From NCBI GenBank assembly GCA_037439965.1, contig JBBIVB010000001.1, forward strand, positions 31,895-95,894: DNA of 64,000 nt. The letters run 5' to 3'. This DNA is from Candidatus Veblenbacteria bacterium (GTDB lineage: Bacteria > Patescibacteriota > Patescibacteriia > Veblenbacterales > UBA10138). This document shows positions 49,776 to 59,971 of this stretch, piece after piece. The notes beneath the pieces are model-generated. The model was not told where the DNA came from and did no database searches. It saw only the letters and a list, made by a program, of their open reading frames with translations. Position numbers and translations under genes: made by a program. Every line of letters starts with the position of its first letter. The stretch's first letter is position 1.

Positions 49776-50804
49776 TTACTTACTTACTCCTAAATACATA
49801 ACACGGGGGTCTTCTGGTTTTATTATCAAAGCGGTAGCAGATTTTTTAGAAGGGATAAACCGCGTAATCCAGGTTTGCCCTGCATCGTTAGAGTAATAAA
49901 TTAGATAACTAATAGCATAAAATATTTCTTTATTGTTTTGGGGGTTAATAGCTAGAGTATTAATTCCTACGGCACTAGGTGGGGTTACTAAATTCATTAA
50001 AGACCAGGTTTTACCACCATCAGTAGTCTTAAACATACCTACTTGCGTAACATAAATAAAACTATCAGTCTCCCCTGGTATAAAACTAAATTGCCTAAAA
50101 ACTCCTGGCCTGCTATTAACTTTTTTGATATTAGGTAATAAATCTTCCCAACTCTGTCCTCTATCAATACTGCGCCATAAAGCTTTGCTGGGCATAGCTA
50201 CGTATAACACACCTGATTTATTTTGAAAAATTCTGGTTACCTCCTTTTCAAAACGAAAAACAGCTTGCCAGCTAATACCTGCATCTAAACTTTTCAGCAT
50301 TGTTCCCTTACTAGTAGTAACATAAACAATATTCGGCGAGTCGATGTCTAAAATAACATCATTTAAACGAGTTTCTGGGGTGGCCTCGGTATAAAGAATT
50401 TGCCAATTCTCTCCTCCGTCTTCAGTTTTAAGTAAACGATTGCTGGCTGCTATATACACTACATCTTTTTTAAATGGATGCAAAGCTACGCTATTAATAG
50501 GCCCTTTATAATATTGCCGCCAATTTTCTCCTTCATCGGAAGTTACATAAAGGCCCGCACCTGCTGAAAAGAGATAGATTGTTTTACTATCCAAAGGTGA
50601 AAAAACTAAACGATGTACATTAACGTTATCTATAGTTATATCTTTATTCTTCGATTTTGCCACAAACGCTTTGTGTTGCCAAGTAATACCTGCGTCTTCA
50701 GAACGAAACACTCCGCCGTCAGAAGGGGTTTTGCTTGCATTAAAGCCGTAACTACAACCAAATAAAACTAATACTAAAGGAATTAAAAACCATATTTTTT
50801 TCAT
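49776..50804 (-). CDS. Lipoprotein with BNR/Asp-box beta-propeller repeats (YCF48-like)
   Basis: Lipobox LFGC; repeated SxDxGxxW (SEDAGITW, TEDGGENW, TTDGGKTW). Confidence 0.85.
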   Translation of the reverse strand: MKKIWFLIPLVLVLFGCSYGFNASKTPSDGGVFRSEDAGITWQHKAFVAKSKNKDITIDNVNVHRLVFSPLDSKTIYLFSAGAGLYVTSDEGENWRQYYKGPINSVALHPFKKDVVYIAASNRLLKTEDGGENWQILYTEATPETRLNDVILDIDSPNIVYVTTSKGTMLKSLDAGISWQAVFRFEKEVTRIFQNKSGVLYVAMPSKALWRSIDRGQSWEDLLPNIKKVNSRPGVFRQFSFIPGETDSFIYVTQVGMFKTTDGGKTWSLMNLVTPPSAVGINTLAINPQNNKEIFYAISYLIYYSNDAGQTWITRFIPSKKSATALIIKPEDPRVMYLGVSK

Positions 50805-50812
50805 AGGTAATT

Positions 50813-51751
50813 TTAGGATAAATTAATGAATAACCATTCAAAAGTTAATTTAATATTGCTATTAGCTTTGATTTTTTTAATTGCTTCATTTAATAATTTA
50901 ATTATTCTAACTAAATCAGATTCAGTGGTAAATGCTAGTAAACCCTTAAAATCTTCATATAAAGCGTAATACCTTATACGTTCAGATAAACCATACTTAT
51001 ATAATATCAAATCTCGTGCTACTTCCAAAAATACTCCTAATAAACCAAGTGCCTCATCTTGGGATAAAGATTCAAGGTTAATCTTAACCATGGCGCCTGA
51101 TGAAGCTTGTTTTCTTAAGATAACTAGAAATTCCCGAGCTTTCACTAACCTTCCCTGCCACTGCTCTTTGTTTTGCCAAACATCATAAGCCTGCCCTGGT
51201 ATTCCTTGGGCTAAATGTACCAATTCTTCAACTTGCGAAGCAGGAATTTTTAAATTTTTAAGCCATTGCTGCAAATCAACTGTTGACACAGGACCTAAAT
51301 TTATTAATTGACAGCGGGAAATTATAGTGGGTAATAAATTTTTGGCATGTTCGGTAATCAACAATATAACTCCTTTACCTAGAGGTTCCTCTAAAGTTTT
51401 AAGCAAGGCATTAGAAGCCTCCTCATTCATTCTTTCTGCTTCTTTAATTACCACTATCCGATAATTTTTATTCCAAGAATCAAGATGTAAAAAATCTATG
51501 GCTTGTCTAATTTGATCAATAAGAATTTCTTTTTTATCTTCTAGTCTAGCAAGCCAAAGTACATCTGACAATGATTTGTAATTAGTATCAGGGGGAAGAT
51601 TATTAAGCTGCTGAATAAAAAATTTAACCAAAGTGGTTTTACCTACACCCCTAGGCCCAGTAAACAAATAGGCATGTGCTAATTTCTTTTGTTCCACTAT
51701 TTGCTGCAAATACTTTTTAGCTAAATTGTGGCCAATAACTTGCTCTGACAT
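50813..51751 (-). CDS. holB: DNA polymerase III delta' subunit
   Basis: AHAYLFTGPRGVGK, ASNALLKTLEEP, LLPTIISRC. Confidence 0.92.
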   Translation of the reverse strand: MSEQVIGHNLAKKYLQQIVEQKKLAHAYLFTGPRGVGKTTLVKFFIQQLNNLPPDTNYKSLSDVLWLARLEDKKEILIDQIRQAIDFLHLDSWNKNYRIVVIKEAERMNEEASNALLKTLEEPLGKGVILLITEHAKNLLPTIISRCQLINLGPVSTVDLQQWLKNLKIPASQVEELVHLAQGIPGQAYDVWQNKEQWQGRLVKAREFLVILRKQASSGAMVKINLESLSQDEALGLLGVFLEVARDLILYKYGLSERIRYYALYEDFKGLLAFTTESDLVRIIKLLNEAIKKIKANSNIKLTFEWLFINLS

Positions 51752-51760
51752 AGTTTTAAT

Positions 51761-51806
51761 ATTGTTTCAGATTAGATCATGAAACAGGTTCAGAATGACA
51801 AACAAT
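51761..51806. repeat. REP-like palindrome AGATCATGAAACAGGTTCAGAATGAC flanked by ATTGTTT/AAACAAT
   Basis: Imperfect inverted repeat in the intergenic gap. Confidence 0.5.
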
Positions 51807-51827
51807 AAAGTCTTGGGGGTCTTAATT

Positions 51828-51862
51828 TTCTAGCTTCTATATTCTAACTTCCAGCTTCTAAT
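51828..51862. repeat. Heptamer tandem array (TTCTAGC-type x5)
   Basis: TTCTAGC TTCTATA TTCTAAC TTCCAGC TTCTAAT, overlapping the GT stop codon. Confidence 0.7.
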
Positions 51863-52935
51863 CTTTCCAATACCTGCCAAGTAATGAAAGCTGTTTTATC
51901 CCAACCAAATTTCCGTAACCTTTCCTTACCCAAAGAAACTAATCTATTTCGTAAATCATTATCATTAATTATAATTTGCATCGCTCGCAGCCAAGCAGTT
52001 TCGTCATGTGAAGACACTAAAATTCCTGCCTCACCAACCACTTCAGGTAAAGCTCCTGCTTGAGCAGCTACTACAGGCACCCCAATTTTCCAAGCATCTA
52101 ATACTGGCAAACCAAATCCTTCTAAATTACTAGGAAATAATAATGCCTTAGCGCTAGCTAAATATTTGGCTAACTGTTGTTCTTCTAACCAACCAAGAAA
52201 TTTAACTTTATTGGTTAGTTGCAACTGTTTTAATTTTTTAAGCAAGCTCTCCCCTCCTCGTCCTAGAGAACCAACTAAATATAGCTTTATCTCATTAGTT
52301 CTATTTTGTTTGACAAAATTAGCATAAGCTTCAAATAACATACTTAAATTCTTTTTAGTTTCAACTCTGCCAATAACTAAAAAATAATCCTCGTTGATCT
52401 TTTGTTCTTGAGTTTCTGATAAAGTAGGGCCCAGAGGTGAAATGAAAATTTTATTTAGAGTAAAGGGATAATATTTTTCTAAATTATCTTTAGTATATTG
52501 AGATACAGTTAAAATAGCCCGAGCTTTATAAGCCGCCCACCAAGTAGTAAGCCGTAAATACCAGCGACTTTTAATACTATAAGATTCTGGAGAAAATTTC
52601 CAACTAACATCATGAATGGTAACTACTGAAGATATTTTAACAAAAAAAGGTAAAATATGGGAAGGAATAAAAAGTATATCTGGTTTATCTTGGTTCACTT
52701 GCCAAGCCAAACGTAATTGGCTCCATAAAAACTTTGGCGGCCATTTTAATATTTTAACTTGCCAATTATTTGGTAATTTTCCTAAGATGTCACCAATATC
52801 GCGACGAGAATACAACATCACCCCAACTTCGGCTGGAATAACTTTTATTAATTCTCTTATTAAACAATAACTATAATACTCTACACCGGTTTTGGCATAA
52901 GGTTCCAATCGCGAAGCATCAATAGCTAATTTCAT
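51844..52935 (-). CDS. Glycosyltransferase family 4
   Basis: KTGVEYY, TIHD, GRVETKKNL, EGFGLPVLDA. Confidence 0.92.
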   Translation of the reverse strand: MKLAIDASRLEPYAKTGVEYYSYCLIRELIKVIPAEVGVMLYSRRDIGDILGKLPNNWQVKILKWPPKFLWSQLRLAWQVNQDKPDILFIPSHILPFFVKISSVVTIHDVSWKFSPESYSIKSRWYLRLTTWWAAYKARAILTVSQYTKDNLEKYYPFTLNKIFISPLGPTLSETQEQKINEDYFLVIGRVETKKNLSMLFEAYANFVKQNRTNEIKLYLVGSLGRGGESLLKKLKQLQLTNKVKFLGWLEEQQLAKYLASAKALLFPSNLEGFGLPVLDAWKIGVPVVAAQAGALPEVVGEAGILVSSHDETAWLRAMQIIINDNDLRNRLVSLGKERLRKFGWDKTAFITWQVLERLEAGS

Positions 52936-52937
52936 AA

Positions 52938-53945
52938 TTAACGCACGGATAAAATACTGCGTTTATATGATTCCAAATTATCCAAAGCAATGGCCGTACC
53001 TTTAGCCACACACAACATCGGTTCATCAGCAACATAAGCCGCCACTCCGGTTGCTTGACTAAACAATTTATCAATATTTCTTAATTGTGAAGTACCACCA
53101 GCTAATATCATACCCTTATCTATAACATCAGCTGACAATTCAGGTGGAGTTACTTGTAACACTGATTTTAATGCTTGAATAATACCCTCCAATTGACTTT
53201 GAATAGCATCAGTAATATCATCAGAAGTGATGGTGATAATTTTAGGTAAACCAGTTACCAAATCACGTCCTTTAACCTCCATGACTAACTTATCATCCAT
53301 ATACATAGCTGAACCAATTTTAATTTTTGCCTCCTCAGCCGTGCGTTCGCCAATTGCTAAGCCGTACTTTTTCTTAATAAAATCCATAATAGCGTAATCA
53401 ATCCTAGTACCGCCGATTCTAACTGAAGTATTAGCCACAATACCGCCTAGGGAAATTACCGCCACTTCGCTGGTACCACCGCCCATATCAACAATCATAT
53501 GGCCGGAAGCCGAACCAATTGGTATATTAGCGCCAATAGCTGCGGCAATCGGTTCTTTAATAATGTAAGCAGCTTTGGCTCCAGCCGCAATAGTAGCATC
53601 AATAACCGCGCGACGTTCAGTAGAAGTAATACCAGCCGGCACCGCGATCATCACCTCGGGTTTAAATATTCTTAAACCACCTAAAGCCTTGCTAATAAAA
53701 TAACGTAACATTGCTTCGGTGGTACGGTAATCAGCAATTACACCTTCTTTTAGTGGTCTAGAGGCTATAATCGTATCGGGCGTACGTCCTAACATCTCCC
53801 TGGCCTCATCACCTACTGCCAAAATTTTGTTATCCGCCACTGAAATAGCCACCACTGATGGCTCATTAATAACAATACCCCTGCCTGGTAAATGCACTAA
53901 AGTATAGGTCGTTCCTAAATCAATACCAATTTTTTTATTAAACAT
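52938..53945 (-). CDS. mreB: Second MreB/Mbl-family actin homolog
   Basis: IDLGTT, EPIAAAIGA, DMGGGTSE, TPPELSAD. Confidence 0.93.
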   Translation of the reverse strand: MFNKKIGIDLGTTYTLVHLPGRGIVINEPSVVAISVADNKILAVGDEAREMLGRTPDTIIASRPLKEGVIADYRTTEAMLRYFISKALGGLRIFKPEVMIAVPAGITSTERRAVIDATIAAGAKAAYIIKEPIAAAIGANIPIGSASGHMIVDMGGGTSEVAVISLGGIVANTSVRIGGTRIDYAIMDFIKKKYGLAIGERTAEEAKIKIGSAMYMDDKLVMEVKGRDLVTGLPKIITITSDDITDAIQSQLEGIIQALKSVLQVTPPELSADVIDKGMILAGGTSQLRNIDKLFSQATGVAAYVADEPMLCVAKGTAIALDNLESYKRSILSVR

Positions 53946-54029
53946 AATCCCTTATATACGCGCGTTTACTTTAACTAAAAAAACGCTTCACGTCAACGCG
54001 CTTAAAATAAATAACAATAAAATTAGCGT

Positions 54030-54360
54030 AGTTTATTGAATTATAAAAATTGCCTGCCAAATAATTATCTATAATTTTTCTGCTATGAAAAATACGTTAC
54101 TAGGTAAATTTTTTAAATTAAACCACCGCCACTCCACTATCTTTTCTGACTCACAGGCCTTTAGTTCTCCATAAAAAGTTACACAATAAACCATGAGCGT
54201 TAGTGGTCATACATTACTTAAAGAAAATACTCGAACTATTTTAGCTACCAACGTTGTTTCCTCCTGAAATTCTCTTATTGCCGCCTGTTTAGAAGTTTCA
54301 CTAAAACGAATTTTGCCCATTTAAACCTAATAAAATTTTACTATCTTTTAAGACCATATT
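54030..54360 (-). pseudogene. NUDIX hydrolase remnant
   Basis: VLKDSKILLG, GKIRFSETSKQAAIREFQEET, EKIVEWRWFNLKNLP with stops and frameshifts; ends approximate. Confidence 0.7.
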
Positions 54361-54494
54361 TTGGTAAACTATATAAATAGGCATATCCAGATGATACTCA
54401 AAAAGATAGAATGACATCTCCACGCATTAAAACTTTAAAATGTCTCGGTATAATCTCTAATTTAGCTTTATCTTTCCTCATAGAATCAAGTTGA

Positions 54495-55316
54495 TTATTT
54501 TTCTTCACTCGCCGGATGAGGCACTTGCAAACCCCATTTGTGGAAATATTTAAGCCAAGAGGTAATATGAATCCAAGTAGTTTTATTAAATAATCCCCAA
54601 AACGAGGCGCCGGCTGATTGACGTTGATGATAATGCACCATCGCAACATCAGCCACATAATAAACCTGCCAATCTTTTTGCCAAAAGCGCCGACACCAAT
54701 CAGTATCCTCTACATATAAAAAGTAACGTTCATCTAAAAATCCCACTTGCTCCAAGGCTTCTCGTCTGATAATCAAACAAGCGCCTAAAAGCCAATCCAC
54801 AGGACGATTGTCTTTATGGTCCCAATCTAACATTAAATAACGAGTTAAAGCTTTTTGAGCACGCGGCAAATAGCCTAAAGGTGTACGCCGAAAAATCGGC
54901 ATCCAGAAACGCGGAAAAGTATAAGCCGAAATTTGCACCGTACCGTCAGGATTAATTAATTTAGGTGCGGCAATGCCTACTTTAGGATGAGTATCCATAA
55001 AATCAATTAATTTATCTAAAGTATCTGGCATCACTGCTACATCAGGATTTAAAATCATCACATAATCACCTTGAGCTCTTTTTAATCCAAGATTATTACC
55101 AGCGGCATAACCACGATTTTCTTTTGCTACTAAAGTTATGACTTGCGGCCAATTGTTTTTAACTATTTCCAAACAATTATCATGTGAATTATTATCCACC
55201 ACAATAATTTCTAAAGGCACTTTACTAGGATTATTCAACACACCTTTAACACACTGCTTAACCAAACCAGCATTTTTATAATTTAAAATAATTAATGATA
55301 ATTTAGGCTTGTTCAT
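54495..55316 (-). CDS. Glycosyltransferase family 2 (rhamnosyltransferase-like)
   Basis: VVDNNS, NRGYAAGNN, LNPD, FLYVEDTDWC. Confidence 0.92.
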   Translation of the reverse strand: MNKPKLSLIILNYKNAGLVKQCVKGVLNNPSKVPLEIIVVDNNSHDNCLEIVKNNWPQVITLVAKENRGYAAGNNLGLKRAQGDYVMILNPDVAVMPDTLDKLIDFMDTHPKVGIAAPKLINPDGTVQISAYTFPRFWMPIFRRTPLGYLPRAQKALTRYLMLDWDHKDNRPVDWLLGACLIIRREALEQVGFLDERYFLYVEDTDWCRRFWQKDWQVYYVADVAMVHYHQRQSAGASFWGLFNKTTWIHITSWLKYFHKWGLQVPHPASEEK

Positions 55317-56365
55317 AAAAACCATTTTCTAATTTCTTTACTAGTTATAATGCGTTGACTTTTACTTTGGCGTCGACGAGATAAAGTTTTAGGTGCGAGT
55401 TTAAAAAATTGGCCAAGAGATTTTATTAGCACGATTGGTTCAAATAGCAAACGATAAATAAATTTTTTGAATTCATACCATAAAATATATGGTAAATGCC
55501 TTATAAAATTATTAAGGTAATCATTTTTTAATAAAGTTAGCCAGTGATTGCGGCAAGAATAAACTCGCAAAAATGAAGGCCATTTGCGGCGACTTTGCCA
55601 AATAGATTTAAAACCATCACGTGGTGATAAGCTTCTATCATGCCAAGCTACGCCGCTGGTTACTAACCACGATTCCCAACCAGCCAACCGCAGACGCCAA
55701 GCTAAATCTACATCTTCTTTATAACTAACAAAACTTTCATCTAAAACCTCACCGTTCACACTAACTGATTCTAAAGCCAAGCGCCGATATAATGGCGCTG
55801 CACCATCTACACCAAAAACCTCTATCGCTTCTTTAAATTCATCTTGATTTACCTCGCCTTCCCGAAAGCGATAAACATAGCGACTTTTTTTAATAGCTAA
55901 TCCACCGCTATCAATAATGGCTTGCTTAAATTGGGGGGGCATAATTAAATGTTCATTAATATTTTCTCGCCAGCGAAAAATTTTACCTTGCACCGCGCCT
56001 ACTTGCGGCGAGGCTTCTAGACACTCTTTGAGTCGGAATAAATAATCATGATGTAAAACCACATCTTGATTTAAAAACATTACATAATCACTATTAGTCC
56101 ACTGCAATGCCTGATTATGCGCCCTACCAAAACCTAAATTTTTATTATTGCGCACTATCCTAGCATGCCTAGAAAGCGTTGGGTGTAAATATAAAAATTC
56201 GTCAATAATTTTACGTGAGTTATCTATTGAGGCGTTATCTATAATTAAGAGAAAAAAATCACGCTCTGTTTGGTTAATTAACCCAGTTAAACAATAGGGT
56301 AAATATATTTCCCCATTATAAACAATTAGGTGTACAGAAATTTTATAATCCGATTTATTGTTCAT
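55313..56365 (-). CDS. Glycosyltransferase family 2
   Basis: IDNAS, NLGFGRAHN, LNQD, YKEDVDLAWR; probable start at MNNKSD. Confidence 0.9.
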   Translation of the reverse strand: MNNKSDYKISVHLIVYNGEIYLPYCLTGLINQTERDFFLLIIDNASIDNSRKIIDEFLYLHPTLSRHARIVRNNKNLGFGRAHNQALQWTNSDYVMFLNQDVVLHHDYLFRLKECLEASPQVGAVQGKIFRWRENINEHLIMPPQFKQAIIDSGGLAIKKSRYVYRFREGEVNQDEFKEAIEVFGVDGAAPLYRRLALESVSVNGEVLDESFVSYKEDVDLAWRLRLAGWESWLVTSGVAWHDRSLSPRDGFKSIWQSRRKWPSFLRVYSCRNHWLTLLKNDYLNNFIRHLPYILWYEFKKFIYRLLFEPIVLIKSLGQFFKLAPKTLSRRRQSKSQRIITSKEIRKWFL

Positions 56366-57869
56366 TACTTCCATTATGATAAAGATACAAACCAATTACT
56401 AGCCAAGCACCAATTCCTAAAGGATGATTTAAATAAGGTGTGGTAATGTTAGTTATAGCTAAAGAGAACAAACACATTAATCCTAATAATAAAATTGGTG
56501 AGATATTTTTAAGTTGTCTTAAATTTTTTATTGCCAATTTAAAGAAAAAATATAAGTAAACCGTTAAAGCTAATAAACCAAACTTTAACCACATATCTAA
56601 ATAACCCCATTCAAAAGCATAAGTAGTATACCAAGATTGACCTACGATTGATTGGCTTACTATCATCGGATCAGTAGTAAGATAAGTAACGGTGGTACCA
56701 AAACCACTACCAAGCAACGCGTGCGGTGCAATTTTTTGCCACAATGGCGCTAAAAGCTGCAAACGAGCAATGCCAGCTGCTTCTCCTATACTTCCCGTTA
56801 AACGATCTATTAAAATATTTTGTCCAATATACGCTATGGGGCGAGGTAAAGGAAATTGTGCTACACCAAAATATAAACCTATAGCTATTGCGATTAAAAA
56901 TAAATTTACTAAAACACCTTTAATTAATCTTATAAAATTATGCCTAGATCTAGATAATAATAACCAGAGTAAAGCTACTAGCCAGGCCACTACAAATCCT
57001 AGCCAAAAACTGCGCGACAAACTAATAACCAAAGCTAATAGTTGAAAAATAATAAACAAACACAAATTTGTTTTAGTTTTTAAAAAAGTGGTAATTGATA
57101 AATTATCTTTAATAAAAATAAAGCAAATATATAGCAAACCTAATAAAGAGGATAGTAAAACAAAAATCTGCGATTGCGAAAATATTCTAAAAAACGGCCC
57201 ATAAAAATAACTAATTTCTCCAAATCCCGTATCTCTAAACCAATGATATAAAGGGCTAAGATCTAAAGAAGTAAAGTGGCTATAAAAGTAAAAAAAGATA
57301 ATAGTTTTGAAAGCTAAATAGCTAAGCGTTGGCCACAATACTAGCTTTAATTTATGCCAAAACTCCGACCAGCAAAGTAAAAGTGGCAAAAAGATAGCTA
57401 AATAAAAATAAGCATTTAAATCTAAAAACCAATCAGCAAAATTATTGTGCCAAAACCCTAAAATTGCAGCCCAAAGTATAGCCAAAATTGACAAAAGCCA
57501 AGCGTAAAATAATTTATGGTGTCGTAAATTTTGCCGCCAAGTTAAACCTGCCTCGGGTGATAATAACTTAATTACAAATACTGCCATTAGAATAAGAAAC
57601 CAAGCTATACGGATAGATATTTGTCCGCCATTCAAAGTTAAAAAGAATAAATAACCTTTAGAACCTAAGATTAATTCGGTAAAAAATACTACTAAGGCCA
57701 AAGGTAAGGAATTAAAACTTAAAATTAAAAATCCTGTCACTAATATTATAAAAATTACATTCCCTAATAATTGGTTTTGGAACGCCAGTAAAGATAATAA
57801 ATCGACTACTAAAAAAATCAAAGCAAACCACAAATATTTTTCTAATATTGTTTTGTTTCCAAATGCCAT
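56355..57869 (-). CDS. O-antigen ligase/polymerase-like membrane protein
   Basis: About 12 TM helices, SLSRSFWLG, GSGFG, EWGYLDMWLKFG. Confidence 0.75.
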   Translation of the reverse strand: MAFGNKTILEKYLWFALIFLVVDLLSLLAFQNQLLGNVIFIILVTGFLILSFNSLPLALVVFFTELILGSKGYLFFLTLNGGQISIRIAWFLILMAVFVIKLLSPEAGLTWRQNLRHHKLFYAWLLSILAILWAAILGFWHNNFADWFLDLNAYFYLAIFLPLLLCWSEFWHKLKLVLWPTLSYLAFKTIIFFYFYSHFTSLDLSPLYHWFRDTGFGEISYFYGPFFRIFSQSQIFVLLSSLLGLLYICFIFIKDNLSITTFLKTKTNLCLFIIFQLLALVISLSRSFWLGFVVAWLVALLWLLLSRSRHNFIRLIKGVLVNLFLIAIAIGLYFGVAQFPLPRPIAYIGQNILIDRLTGSIGEAAGIARLQLLAPLWQKIAPHALLGSGFGTTVTYLTTDPMIVSQSIVGQSWYTTYAFEWGYLDMWLKFGLLALTVYLYFFFKLAIKNLRQLKNISPILLLGLMCLFSLAITNITTPYLNHPLGIGAWLVIGLYLYHNGSNEQ

Positions 57870-58708
57870 AATTTAGAAATTAAATCTAAAATCCAAGCTT
57901 GCGTCAAGGCTACTAAACAACAAATTTTAATAATTAACCAAGTTAAAATAGAGTGGTGTTTGCGGAAAAAATAACTTACACTGTGGTTAAAAATCAGTTG
58001 ACGTTTAGTATGGCTTAACTGTCTAAAACTAGCTCCGGCTATATGGGTAGCAGTAACCTCTGGTACATACCAAATTTCCCAGTCAGTATCTTGAGCTCTT
58101 TTACAGTAATCTACTTCTTCAAACCATAAGAAGAAATTTTCATCCATCACACCAATATCTTTTATTAATTTACGATTGATAAAAAAATAAGCACCACTCA
58201 CCTGCTCTACTATTTGTATCTTTTCATAATCAAAATCCTGAGCAAGATAATTATTTAACAATCGTGGTAACAAATAACCTAACTTTAACAAAACTACAAC
58301 TTGCGAAAATAAAGTAGGCTGACGCCTAACTGATTTTTGAATACTGCCATTACTATTAAATAGCCTGCCGCCTACTATACCAGCTTTTTGGTGTTCTTTA
58401 AAAAATAAAATCGCCAGTTTCAAAGCACCTGGTTTTACTTCGGTATCAGGATTTAATAATAAAATAATCTCTTGAGTAGAGCGAATGATCCCTTGATTAA
58501 CTGCAGCAGCAAAACCAAAATTAATTTCCTTGGCTAATAAAATTACTTGGGGAAATTCTTGCCTTACTATCTGAGGGCTTCCATCTGCCGAATTATTATC
58601 CACTACTATAATTTCTTGCACCTCTTCGGCTAATAAAGATTTAAGACATAATCTTAATTTATCTTTTACATTCCAAGAAACTATGATAACTGAAATTGGT
58701 AACGCCAT
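57842..58708 (-). CDS. Glycosyltransferase family 2
   Basis: VVDNNSADG, NFGFAAAVN, LNPD, FLWFEEVDYC. Confidence 0.92.
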   Translation of the reverse strand: MALPISVIIVSWNVKDKLRLCLKSLLAEEVQEIIVVDNNSADGSPQIVRQEFPQVILLAKEINFGFAAAVNQGIIRSTQEIILLLNPDTEVKPGALKLAILFFKEHQKAGIVGGRLFNSNGSIQKSVRRQPTLFSQVVVLLKLGYLLPRLLNNYLAQDFDYEKIQIVEQVSGAYFFINRKLIKDIGVMDENFFLWFEEVDYCKRAQDTDWEIWYVPEVTATHIAGASFRQLSHTKRQLIFNHSVSYFFRKHHSILTWLIIKICCLVALTQAWILDLISKLWHLETKQY

Positions 58709-58712
58709 AAAA

Positions 58713-59966
58713 TTACAACTTAGCTAATATTTTATCCATCATAAAAGCTAAACGACTTTGCCAGCTTTGCTCACGAGCAAATTCTCTCCTTTGAAGTCTT
58801 AACTGCTCATTGTCCTGTGCCAACTCTTCAATTATTGCCTGATTAAATTTTTCTGCCGTATCAGCTATTTTAATCAAATTGCCCAATTTATCCGTACCAG
58901 CTGTGGGTGTAGTGACAACCGGTTTACCTAACGCCAAATATTCAAAAATTTTAAGCAAACTAGTGTATTTACCAAAATCATTAACTAAATGAGGCACTAT
59001 TGCCAAATCAAACTGATTGATATAAGAAGGAACTTCCTCGTAATGCTTTCGCCCTAAAAAATAAATATTATTATAAGCTCTTAATTTATCTTTTACCTGC
59101 TGTCTAAAATTGGCCCATACCGGACCTACCAGCACTATTGATTTTTTAGGATTTTCCCGAGCCAAATAAGCTATTAAATCCAAATCAATTCTATCCTGTT
59201 GGATAATACCCACATAACCAATAATCGGACGAGGCAGAGTAGCAATATCGCGATTAACTAATTTTGGTATTTGAGCAAACTCCTCCCAGCGCACGCCGTT
59301 AGGTAAGTAATAAATGTCCTGTCCACGCCCAAAAAATTTAACCAACTCTTCAGCAGTAGTAAAGATTAAATCGGCGTTCTTGGCAATATATTTATAATTA
59401 TTTTTTAAGCGTTCTTTAATTTTCTGATAAGCTGAATGCTCTAACCAATTATCCACTGCGTCAAAAACCTTAACACGTGCTGGTAAAATATCTAAATACT
59501 TGGTAAAAGTAGGCAGGTAAGACCAAATGATAATATTTTTCAAATTAAGTTTCTTAATCTGTCGGCGTAACTCAGCCATCATTAAATTTTCGCTAAAATA
59601 AGAAAGATAACTAGATAAAACAAATAATTTATAACTGACTTCTTGGGCAGAACCTGTAGTTTTAAAAATTGTTTTATTAATTTCCCAATTACTGATGGCA
59701 GTTACACGAGTATGTGGACACCAATGCATTAACTTACCTTGTGGTCCGCGCAAGATATTTTGTACTAATACTTTTACTGCTCTTTTTAAGGTAAAAGGCA
59801 GATAATCAATAGACACTATTTTACGAACATTGGGGTGATTTAATAAACCATGCAAAATATGGCTGTTACGATTAACAAAGCCGGACTGCCATTCGCTGTA
59901 GGCTGACATATTAAACATCACTATATCCACCTTGGCCGCTGTTTTTTTTGCATCAACACTAATCAT
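58713..59966 (-). CDS. GT-B glycosyltransferase (TuaH-like)
   Basis: FDAVDNW, PNGV, PIIGYVG, KIFEYLALGKPVV. Confidence 0.88.
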   Translation of the reverse strand: MISVDAKKTAAKVDIVMFNMSAYSEWQSGFVNRNSHILHGLLNHPNVRKIVSIDYLPFTLKRAVKVLVQNILRGPQGKLMHWCPHTRVTAISNWEINKTIFKTTGSAQEVSYKLFVLSSYLSYFSENLMMAELRRQIKKLNLKNIIIWSYLPTFTKYLDILPARVKVFDAVDNWLEHSAYQKIKERLKNNYKYIAKNADLIFTTAEELVKFFGRGQDIYYLPNGVRWEEFAQIPKLVNRDIATLPRPIIGYVGIIQQDRIDLDLIAYLARENPKKSIVLVGPVWANFRQQVKDKLRAYNNIYFLGRKHYEEVPSYINQFDLAIVPHLVNDFGKYTSLLKIFEYLALGKPVVTTPTAGTDKLGNLIKIADTAEKFNQAIIEELAQDNEQLRLQRREFAREQSWQSRLAFMMDKILAKL

Positions 59967-59971
59967 ATATT

